A stretch of 63,726 bases of DNA, counting the filler, from Octopus bimaculoides (Eukaryota): NCBI RefSeq assembly GCF_001194135.2. It is 4 parts of 4 records of this genome, joined end to end, with 100 filler letters (N's around TTAATTAATTAA, not from the genome) between each part and the next. Parts side by side here need not be neighbours in the genome. Positions count along the whole stretch, not along the records: positions 1 to 29,277 come from NC_069009.1; 3 more parts are not named here. One strand, written 5' to 3'. Both the position numbers and the translations under genes were made by a program. The notes beneath the pieces were generated by a model. It saw nothing but the letters and a program-made list of their open reading frames with translations. It was not told where the DNA came from and searched no databases. Positions 13,643 through 23,892 of this stretch are shown one piece after another (the first letter of the stretch is position 1; the number at the start of each line of letters is the position of its first letter).

Positions 13643-13764
13643 CTGTGTATGGTGAAGAGAGGGAGAGAGAAAGAGACAGTAAAATTTAGATAAATTCTCT
13701 ACCTTTGCATGATGGGAAGCATAAATTCACAACAGCATTTATTACAAGAGTGATAAAAGATTCG

Positions 13765-13851
13765 TTATGAGAAGTCATCATCGATATTACCAAACTTGTC
13801 TTTTCTGATGCAACCAAAGTATGAGGTAGCATGAGATTTTTCCAGAAGCCA
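13765..13851 (-). pseudogene. Partial duplicate of ADK exon 5 with AG retained, reading WLLEKSHATSYFGCIRKDKFGNIDDDFS-stop
   Basis: ~210-bp tandem duplication (about 13575-13775 vs 13783-13999) of the intron 4/exon 5 junction. Confidence 0.85.
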
Positions 13852-14399
13852 CTATCTATGGCGAAAAGGTTGTAGAAGAGAGGGAGAGAGAAACAGAAAG
13901 AGACTGAAAAATTTAGATAAATTCTTTCCCTTTGCATGATGGGAAACATAAATAGACAACAGCATTTATTATAAGAGTGATATAAGACTTATTAGAAGCA
14001 AAAAAAAAAGAAGGAAAACTTTAATATAAGTTGTCATTCTACATTTGTTTTCCATGTTGGCATAGGTTGGATGGTTTGACAGGAGCCAACAAGCCAGAGG
14101 GCTGTAGCAAGCTCTATAATCTGTTTTGACATGGTTTCTGTGGTTGGATACCCACCCTAACACCAACTACTTTACAGTGTGTACTGGGTGCTTTTTATGT
14201 AGCACCAGCACTAGTGAAGTCACAGAGAAAGTCACAAGACAAGGCTCCCTCAGCTGAGGGTGTGGGAATAGTATTGATGGAGGTAGGTTTGTGCCAGGTG
14301 ATCAGAGGTTAGAGTATGAACAAGACAGAAACAGGTGTCTTACTGTAGGAGAAATACATGGTTGTTTACTCATTAATCAGTGCACATTACTCCATAGGG

Positions 14400-14656
14400 A
14401 GCATAGAGCCAGTTTTCTGGTTTCTCCGACATATATATATATATATATATCTATGAGCTTTCAACACTACCATCATGAATGCTCTCATTGTAGCCCGATG
14501 GAAAATGGAACAAATCGTGCTTGGCATCAGAATGCGGAACAAGAAAATGAATCTAAAGCCTGGATTCAATAGCAGATGAGTCAAAATCATTGTGAGAACC
14601 ATCAAGGAGAACAAATACAGATGGGCTGGTCACATCACGTGATTGAAGGACAAGAT
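14400..14656 (+). mobile_element. Degenerate RTE-clade LINE C-terminal fragment
   Basis: Reads MEQIVLGIRMRNKK..IVRTIKENKYRWAGHIT.LKD, with stops. Confidence 0.65.
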
Positions 14657-14848
14657 CAAGAAGCTGATCAAAGACAAGATCAAGAAGCTGATCAAAGACA
14701 AGATCAAGAAGCTGATCAAAGACAAGATCAAGAAGCTGATCAAAGACAAGATCAAGAAGCTGATCAAAGACAAGATCAAGAAGCTGATCAAAGACAAGAT
14801 CAAGAAGCTGATCAAAGACAAGATCAAGAAGCTGATCAAAGACAAGAT
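14649..14848. repeat. Perfect 24-bp minisatellite (CAAGAAGCTGATCAAAGACAAGAT) x8.3
   Basis: Eight identical units at 14657-14848. Confidence 0.98.
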
Positions 14849-14938
14849 GGTGAGATGATCTCACCCACTGCCTGGGCCTATTTGACCATGACTGGCCAGA
14901 GAATACCTCCATAGAATGGAAATGAAAGACAAACTTAC

Positions 14939-15017
14939 TTGTGCTACACGTATTGCGTTCAATGTTGCCCCACCAGGAGTGAATTCAACATCTTTAAATG
15001 ATAACATTTCATCGTAC
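14939..15017 (-). CDS. ADK: ADK exon 4: YDEMLSFKDVEFTPGGATLNAIRVAQ
   Basis: ttttctag|...|gtaagt; 79 nt, phase 2/0; GG switch plus N..RVAQ. Confidence 0.96.
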
Positions 15018-15388
15018 CTAGAAAAGAAAAGACACACCTTAAAGACAAAGCAATGTTGGGGTGTTTACATGGTTCCCTGACATGCTAGATGCAGCAGTCA
15101 AATATCATTTTAGTGTATTAGAAGAGAATGGAAGAAGTAGTGAACGATCATGAGTGGAACATTTTCGATCACAAGTCAGACCTGATGCCTAGACAACAAT
15201 TCTCCCAGCTCATAGCCTTTCCTTTTAAAAAAAAATACAGATATATATATATATATATATATATGCATATGTACATACACACACACATATATATGCATAT
15301 ATACATACACATATATATATATGCGTATATACATACACACATGCATATATACATACATATATGTATATATACATACATATATATATAT

Positions 15389-15455
<67 letters not shown>

Positions 15456-15572
15456 ATACATATATATATATATATATATATAATACATATATATATATAT
15501 ATAATACATATATATATATATATAATACATATATNNNNNNNNNNNNNNNNNNNNNNNNNNNNNNNNNNNNNN

Positions 15573-15606
<34 letters not shown>

Positions 15607-15726
15607 TATATCGTTTAACATCTGCTTAAACGATATATGTATATATGCATATATTTAAGACATGAGAAATTATGTACATTATTTATATTATTTACATCTG
15701 ACAGATATTTGTCCTCATTTGTTGTT

Positions 15727-15767
15727 AACACAACGTTTCGGCTGATATACCCTCCAGCCTTCATCAG
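15727..15767 (-). ncRNA. 5'-truncated copy of the same hammerhead family; stem I lost
   Basis: Minus strand CTGATGAAGGCTGGAGGGTATATCAGCCGAAACGTTGTGTT; homology to 23150-23245 runs about 100 nt. Confidence 0.7.
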
Positions 15768-15846
15768 AAAACTGATAAGAACAAAATTCTCCAGTTGAGT
15801 GAGTACCACCACCCAGGAGCAATCAAAAACATAATAAGTAACTTAC

Positions 15847-15900
15847 ATAGGCATGTGTTTTTCTTCAGCTAGGATAGCAGCATCAGCTTTCAAGTCATAT
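15847..15900 (-). CDS. ADK: ADK exon 3: YDLKADAAILAEEKHMPM
   Basis: ctgtttccag|...|gtaagt; 54 nt, phase 2/2; aligns to vertebrate YSLKPNDQILAEDKHKEL. Confidence 0.95.
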
Positions 15901-17061
15901 CTGGAAACAGAAGTGAAAATGGTTTCAGCATGACACATTTTTACATTGGTGAACCAGAGGGGTAGTTGATCACAGGTTTCAGACTGGTCAATCACTGGTT
16001 TACTGTATTTCTGCAGAAACATTCAACTTATATTTAGGCAGTCACAGCCAGGAGGTCTGGCTGTTATTTCTAGCCTACCTATTATACATTAGATAATGAA
16101 GTCCTTGATACACTATGTCTGAATAAAAGATGGGATGGTTACAACATCTTTGATCATAGGTTTGGACTGACCTGGGGCTAAACAACAACAGCTATACTAT
16201 ACATTAGATAATGTAGTCACAGATACACTATGTCTGAATAAAGCTAGGAAGGTCACTTCTGGATCATCTTTGATCAGGGGTCTACTGGATTAGGGAGCAC
16301 AAGTGAAGCATATCAAGCAACCACAAAGAGGATCTTACTCATTGGTTGTGTTTTCACTTGTGTCACATTAAAAGCACTACTACTAGTGCCAAGTGAGAAG
16401 CAGTGGTGCTGGTGCCACATAAAAAGGCACTGGTGATGGTGCCATGTTAAAAGCAACCAGTGCACTCTGTAAAATGGTTGGCATTAGGAAGGACATCCAC
16501 CTGTAAAAACCATACCAAAACAGACCTCACCAGAGCTTGTGCAATATTAAAAGCACCCAGGACACTGTGAAGTGGTTGGTGCTAGGAAGGGCATCCAGCC
16601 GTAGAAACCATGACAGAACAGACAACAGAACCTGGTACTTGTACCAGCTACAAAAGCCCCCCAGTCCACTTTGTGAAGTGGTTGGTGCTAGGAAGGGCAT
16701 CCAGCCATNNNNNNNNNNACAGAACAGACAACAGAACCTGGTACTTGTACCAGCTACAAAAGCCCCCCAGTCCACTTTGTGAAGTGGTTGGTGCTAGGAA
16801 GGGCATCCAGCCATAGAAACCATGACTGAACAGACAACAGAACCTGGTACTTGTACCAGCTACAAAAGCCCCCAGTCCACTTTGTGAAGAGGTTGGTGTT
16901 AGGAATGGCATCCAACTTTAGAAACCATGTCAAAGCAGACAGTGGCACCGGGTGCAGCCTTCCAGCTTGCAAGCTCTTGTCAAACCCATGCCAGCATTAA
17001 AAAAAAACAGACATTAGATGATGATAATGACGATGATGGTGTATCATATGAAAAGACTTAC

Positions 17062-17136
17062 TTATCAAGGAATTCTGAGCTCCCTTGAATGGTGATGTCC
17101 AGCAGAGGATTTCCATAACCAAGTAACACACCTTCA
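17062..17136 (-). CDS. ADK: Adenosine kinase exon (vertebrate exon 2 equivalent): EGVLLGYGNPLLDITIQGSSEFLDK
   Basis: ttaatttcag|...|gtaagt; 75 nt, phase 2/2; GNPLLD motif of ADK. Confidence 0.96.
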
Positions 17137-17404
17137 CTGAAATTAACAAAATAAGCACAACATTTAGTGATTGTTATTGCTCAGCCACTGAGCGTCACAT
17201 CTAATACACACACACACATGCATATTTCTTTCTCTGCTAAGCATAACATTTATAGTGTAAGTAGTTAAGAAGTTTGCCATGATACCACAACGTTTCAAGT
17301 TCAGTCCCACTCTGCAGCACCTTGCACACACACCAACACTGGTTGTCAAAGATACACACACACACATATAAGCCATCATGTGTATGTGTGTGTGTATATG
17401 TATG

Positions 17405-17444
<40 letters not shown>

Positions 17445-18056
17445 TGATGGGCCTCTTTCAGTTTTTATCTACCAAATCCACTCACAAGGCTTTAGTCAGC
17501 CTGAGGCTACAACAGAAGACACTTGCCCAAAGTGCCATGCAGTGGAACTGAACCCGGAACCATGTGGTTGGAAAGCAAGCTTCTTACCACACAGCCAAAC
17601 CAGCAATTATATATATAATCAGATAGTGAACACAAAGAACAACCATTGGCTTGCTGTATCCTCAAAACATGTATGTACTGAGAGTGATAAAAATCAAATA
17701 TCAGAGTGTTTGGGCGTTAATCTGAGGACATGTACCGAGACACCGACTTAGATTGCATATTTGATATGGACCACCAAAAGCTGCAGTTAAGTTCTGATCT
17801 TTGTGGATCTTAAAATGTCTTGAGGTCTCCATTAGATTCGCAGACCTTATGACATAGCCTATCTCATGGGCAGGGAGAAGCTCTTGGTAATCTACCTAGG
17901 AGTGGCTGTGTGGTAAGTAGCTTGCTTACCAACCACATGGTTCCAGGTTCATTCCCATTGCGTGGCACCTTGGGCAAGTGTCTTCTACTATAGCCTCGGG
18001 CCGCCCAAAGCCTTGTGAGTGGATTGGGTAGATGGAAACCAAAAGAAGTCCGTCGC

Positions 18057-18091
<35 letters not shown>

Positions 18092-19449
18092 CGTGCGTAT
18101 AAGTTTGTGTGTCTGTGTTTTTTTTTCTCTCCTTGACAACCGATGCAGGTGTGTTTACGTCCCTGTAACTTAGCAGTTCAGCAAAAGAGACCGATAGAAT
18201 AAGTACTAGGCTTATAAAGAATAAGTCCTGGGGCCGATTTGCTCGAATAAAGGTGGTGCTCCAGCATGGCTGCAGTCAAATGATTGAAACAAGTAAAAGA
18301 GTAAAAAGAGTAAAGAGTAATATACAGAGAGAGAGAGCAGGGGTTTCTGGGATGAAAATATCTGCCTCAATTCATATGTTTATATATACAATATATAGAA
18401 TAAATGTCTCTAATAGCAACAAAAGGAATAAGATACTTTTCTCTACAACTTAGCAATTGTATAGGTGGCCGGTCAAAATCAAATCCAGAACCAACAGAAA
18501 ATACACACACACATGATTATATTTATTCAGCTGAATGAACACATTTGATCCAACAACACATATTGAAGTTCTTTTATTACATTGTTGTTTCAGTGTCCAC
18601 ACACACACAAAAATCAATAACATTTATTATAAACGAGGTTGTTAACCATTGTTACGTCACTGGTAAAAATATTTGTTAATCATGCACACACCTTCGTAAA
18701 GTGTTTAAAATGGAAGTCTTTTTTTAAAGTCTGTGTGGTCTGTATGTTGAAAGATATGCAGAAATGTGCACACACACGCAAACAACCAACAGAAAAAGAT
18801 ATTATATATATATATTAGTTTATGTATATATTAATATTATCTCAGTTTTAAAAAAACCTTTGACAATGTAAATATGTCAATAGTTACCAGAGGTAGCAAA
18901 ATTACACTAAAAAACCAAGATATCACAGCCGTTTTATAGGTAGAGATACCAAGTTGAAGTGATACATTTTGAGTAGATATGAATAATAACAATAAATGGA
19001 GCAAAACGCATATAAGTAGCTCGTATGTTACCTCATCACTTTGCATTTGTCTTGCTTTTATATGTTGATTCCCTGACGATGAATATATGTGGAATTCCAG
19101 CAGCTCTTACTTCTTTGTAGAATAGCTCACATATATTTTGAAACGTGTAGGAATCAAAGGAACTTTTATTTATATGCGTTTTACTCCATTTATTGTTATT
19201 ATTCATATATATATATATGTATATATATATAGCAATAAGAAAATGGAGGGGAATATGAGGTACCCATCAACTTGTAGACACTATATTCCGTTGATTAATC
19301 TGTTTATTTTATAACCAAAATGACAAAAAAGACAATATACAGACACTTATGACATACCATGTCATATCAACAATTAAGATTTCAAATTTAATGGACATCT
19401 AGCAACTGGAGAAGGGACAAAATCTTACAGCATTGAATTTTGTAAATCT

Positions 19450-19575
19450 CTGAAGAGGCCTAGTGAATCATGCACGTACCCCCATTACATCATTTTCATC
19501 TACTAATTACTCCAGCGTACTGGAGGTATATAGATAGAATGGGGCATGCCAACACTAGGCCGAAACAGCTTAGTC
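19450..19575 (+). ncRNA. Hammerhead-like motif with very long stem II
   Basis: CTGAAGA-GGCCTAGTG...CACTAGGCC-GAAACAGCTTAGTC; stem I not canonical. Confidence 0.55.
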
Positions 19576-19810
19576 GTAAAGAATGATTTAATTTTTAATA
19601 TTCTATCACAGTTATTTGATACAAAAGAATCTACCAGTAACTTTTAAGTACTGAGTACCAAAAGAAAGTACATTATTGACTAAAAAAAAAAGTGAATCTC
19701 TTTTATGAGAACTTTATGCCTGGCAACTGTAACAGATTTCTTTGATTTGCTGTTCATTAGCTTCAGCTGTAACATCAGAACAGCGCCATACTGTAGCAAA
19801 CAGTCTTCAC

Positions 19811-19870
19811 ATGGTATGCTTGGCTGGAGGGACTGGTTTGGCTAGGTTGAGTATAGGAGTAGTATGTTTG
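19811..19870 (-). CDS. Candidate upstream ADK exon, KHTTPILNLAKPVPPAKHT
   Basis: ctttttttcacag| acceptor, |gtgaag donor; 60 nt, phase 2/2, in frame with exon 2; no homology recognised. Confidence 0.3.
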
Positions 19871-20002
19871 CTGTGAAAAAAAGCCTTTCACAATTCCATG
19901 TCCTGGGGTCGATTAGCTCGACTAAAAAGGCGGTGCTCTAGCATGGCCACAGTCAAATGGCTGAAACAATTAAAAGAGAGAGTAAAAGAGAATATATATA
20001 TA

Positions 20003-20207
20003 TAGTTGAAAAATATTGTTATAGGTATAAAAATACCATAAACAATTATTAAAAAAATGGAGGAGTAAAAAAGATGTTGAATCAAAATTAGATTTAATAC
20101 AAAAATATTTTGTATTAAATCTAATTTTGATGCAACATCTTTTTCTCCTCCATTTTTTTTATAATTGTTTATGGTATTTTTATACTTATAACGATATTTT
20201 TCAACTA
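20003..20207. repeat. ~205-bp near-perfect palindrome (foldback), 3-nt loop at 20105-20107
   Basis: The two ~100-nt arms are reverse complements with a few mismatches. Confidence 0.93.
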
Positions 20208-20464
20208 CTATTTTCATATTCTTATTACTTGCTCTGGCTGTTTTTTCTTTATTAGAAATCATTCTTTCTCTCTTTTTAGACCTCTCAAAAAGTTTGAATT
20301 GTTCTGTATATATATATATATTCTTTAACTTATTTCAGTCATGTGACTGTGGCCATATTGGAGCACAACCTTAAAGGGGTTTTTTAGTCAAAGAAATCAA
20401 CCTCAGGATATATTGTATGTAAGCCTAGTATCTATTCTATCAGTCTCTTTTATCGAACCGCTAG

Positions 20465-22437
20465 CAACATAAATTGTGACCAAAATTTGGTGGAAGATTT
20501 TAATTCAAAACTTATGAAAACAAGACATTTGTTTCACAGAGCCAGAGGCGGTTTCAGCCTGGTTGCTCTCAAAAGGGTTAAAGTGATCTAAATTAAAACC
20601 TTCCATCAAAATTTCATGCTAATTCATGTTCCACACCAGAGTTTAACAATGGCAAAATTATTTTACTAAATTTTTCATTATTTTCAAAAATAATGGAAAC
20701 AAAGGCAGAGTACTTCAAGAGAAATATGGTAACAAAAGGATTAAACCTTTCGTTACTATATTTATTTTGGGATGCTCTGTGTTTCTTTCAATTAATTTTA
20801 AATATAACAAAGAATTTAGTAAAATAACTTAGTTATCATTAAACTAGTGTTAGGAACATAAATTGTGATTAAGGTTTGGTGGAAGATTTTAATTCAAAAC
20901 TTATGGAGGCAGTTTCTGCCGGGTTGGTATCAAAAGGGTAAATTTGGAGACTTTGTTTCACTTGTTAGAAATAGCAGCCAAATCTTGTGCAAACTGAAGA
21001 CACATTTGACAGAATGTCTTTAAACCTTTAGTTACCATATTTCTGTCGAGATTCTCTGAGTTTCTTTTAATTAGTTTTAAATATAACAAAGAATTTAGTA
21101 AAATAACTTAGTTATCATTCAGCTAGTGTTTGGAACATAAATTGTGACTAAGGTTTGGTGGAAGATTTTAATTCAAAATTTATGCAAACAAGACATTTGT
21201 ACTACAGAGCCAGAGGCGGTTTCAGCCAGGTTGGTATCAAAAACATTAACCCTCTACTATTTAGCTTACTCTATCAAAAATAATACTAATTTATTCACGT
21301 TGTTTTGAATTAATTAAGCATTATCATAGCTTTGAGATTTTCATAAGATAACTTAATTTTTATAATGACATTGTCGGGCAGGTTAGTTAGAACCTAAAAC
21401 AGGCAGAATATTTAACCCTTTTACATTCAGATTATTCTGTCAAACGTAATGCTTATTTATTCACACTGTTTTGAATTAACCATGCATTATTTCACAACTC
21501 TGAGATTTCAGTGATGTGATTGTATAATTTTAGAATGACATTGTGGGTTAGATGCTGGTGTCATGTAACTATCACCTGTGCCAGTGGCATGGGGAAAAGC
21601 ACCAGATTTGGTAGACAGAAACTGAAAGGTGGTGAGCTGGCAGAAACGTTAGCACGCCGGGCGAAATGCTTAGCAGTATTTCGTCTGCCGCTACGTTCTG
21701 AGTTCAAATTCCACCGAGGTCGACTTTGCCTTTTATCCTTTCGGGGTCGAAAAATAAGTAACAGTAACGCACTGAGGTTGATGTAATCGACTTAATCCCT
21801 TGTTTGTCCCCTCTATGTTTAGCCCCTTGTGGGCAGTAAATAAATAAGAAACTGAAAGAAGCCCGTCATATATATTTTTATATCCTTCTATACATTGGAT
21901 ATACAGATTTCACAAAGCAGGGATAGACACAACTGTCTACACACGACATACTTCAAATTACTCCACTAAACATGATACTCCAATAAATAGAAACTCTTGA
22001 CGATTCTCACGACTTTTCCTGTCTCAGCCAAGACAGTACTTTTTATAAGAGTTTGGCCAATCCATTCTTCCAATCCCACAGGGGTGTCAATGACTCTGGC
22101 TCTGTAGTACAAATGTCTTGTTTTCAAAAGTCCTGAACTAAAATCTTCCACCAAACCTTAGTCACAATTTATGTTCCTCACACTAGCTTAATGATAACTA
22201 AGTTATTTTACTAAATTCTTTGTTATATTTAAAATTAATTGAAAGAAACACAGAGCATCTCAACAACAGAAATATGGTAACAAAAGAGTTAAAGTCACCA
22301 TGATATTTTTAACCCTTTTGATATAAATCTGGCTGAAACCGCCTCTGGCTCTGTAGTACAAATGTCTTGTTTTTATAAGTTTTGAATTAAAATCTTCCAC
22401 CAAATTTTAGTCACAATTTATGTTCCTAACACTAGCT
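20465..22437. mobile_element. Cluster of piggyBac-like MITEs; related copies at ~12205-12565 and 12885-12960
   Basis: TTAA-CCCTTT / AAAGGG-TTAA termini and shared GAATTTAGTAAAATAACT..GGAACATAAATT core. Confidence 0.65.
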
Positions 22438-23144
22438 NNNNNNNNNNNNNNNNNNNNNNNNNNNNNNNNNNNNNNNNNNNNNNNNNNNNNNNNNNNNNNN
22501 NNNNNNNNNNNNNNNNNNNNNNNNNNNNNNNNNNNNNNNNNNNNNNNNNNNNNNNNNNNNNNNNNNNNNNNNNNNNNNNNNNNNNNNNNNNNNNNNNNNN
22601 NNNNNNNNNNNNNNNNNNNNNNNNNNNNNNNNNNNNNNNNNNNNNNNNNNNNNNNNNNNNNNNNNNNNNNNNNNNNNNNNNNNNNNNNNNNNNNNNNNNN
22701 NNNNNNNNNNNNNNNNNNNNNNNNNNNNNNNNNNNNNNNNNNNNNNNNNNNNNNNNNNNNNNNNNNNNNNNNNNNNNNNNNNNNNNNNNNNNNNNNNNNN
22801 NNNNNNNNNNNNNNNNNNNNNNNNNNNNNNNNNNNNNNNNNNNNNNNNNNNNNNNNNNNNNNNNNNNNNNNNNNNNNNNNNNNNNNNNNNNNNNNNNNNN
22901 NNNNNNNNNNNNNNNNNNNNNNNNNNNNNNNNNNNNNNNNNNNNNNNNNNNNNNNNNNNNNNNNNNNNNNNNNNNNNNNNNNNNNNNNNNNNNNNNNNNN
23001 NNNNNNNNNNNNNNNNNNNNNNNNNNNATATTGTTATTATTATATTGTTATTATTATTATTCCTATTAATAGGAATAATAATAATAACAATATAATAATA
23101 GTAACATCGTTAGGAATGAGAACCCAGGTTCGAAATTTCCCCAA

Positions 23145-23190
23145 AACACCTGACGAAGGCTGGAGGGTATATCAGCCGAAACGTTGTGTT
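23145..23190 (+). ncRNA. Minimal type I hammerhead ribozyme motif (Penelope/retrozyme type)
   Basis: AACAC-CTGACGA-A-GGCTG(10 nt)CAGCC-GAA-ACGT-T-GTGTT: 5-bp stem I, 5-bp stem II, palindromic stem III. Confidence 0.75.
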
Positions 23191-23542
23191 AGCAACAAAC
23201 AAGATGAGGGCAAATATCCGTCATAATGTAAATAATGTAAATAACAAAAGGGTTAAATTGTGTTTGATGAAGAAAATGAGTGGAAGGGCAGTGGTTTATC
23301 TGCAAGGTCACTATTCCAGCAGATACAAAGGTCAAGTGTTGTTGCTGTTGCTGCTAATTGTTGAAGGAGGTGGCATGTGTGTGTGTGTGTGGGGGGGGTA
23401 CCACAAGGTCACAACTCAAAATAAAAACAAGCTTAAGCATTATTAGTACCAATATATTGTAAAATGCTTACAGCAGACTTTTATCTCTTGATATAAAAGT
23501 GAAGGCGTGGGGATGGGGGACTCAGCCACTGGTGGGACTGAT

Positions 23543-23892
23543 AACAGTAGTAGTAGTAGTAGTAGTAGTGGTGGTTGATGGGGCTAATAATAATAATAAT
23601 ATCAATAGTGGTGGTAGTAGCCACAGCAGTAGCGATGGAGGTGGTGGTAATAGTAGTGGCGGTAGTGGTGACGGTGGTGATAGTAGTTGTTGTTGAGGTA
23701 GTGGTGGTAGTGGTTGTAGTAGTAGTAGTAGTAGTAGTAGTGTTGGTGGTTGCAGTAGTAGTAGTGGTGGTGGTTGTGGTAACAGTAGTAGTCGTGTGGC
23801 AAAGCTGTTGTTGAGGTAGTGGTGGTGGTAGTAGTAGTTGTAGTAGTAGTAGAAGAATTGGTGGTGGTGGTGACAGTCATGGTTGTAGTAGT
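23543..23892. repeat. Compound (GTA)/(GTG)/(TAA) trinucleotide low-complexity tract
   Basis: Direct reading. Confidence 0.9.

Noticed and set aside
14649-14848. CRISPR-like array
   Set aside because: No spacers; plain tandem repeat in a eukaryotic intron.
14643-14858. (KDKIKKLI)n as an amphipathic or antimicrobial peptide gene
   Set aside because: It starts at a TTG within a LINE remnant, with no signal peptide, splice or promoter evidence.
19695-19790. Alternative ADK first exon MLQLKLMNSKSKKSVTVA with a GC donor
   Set aside because: AG|GCATAA is a poor match to the strong consensus that GC donors usually need.
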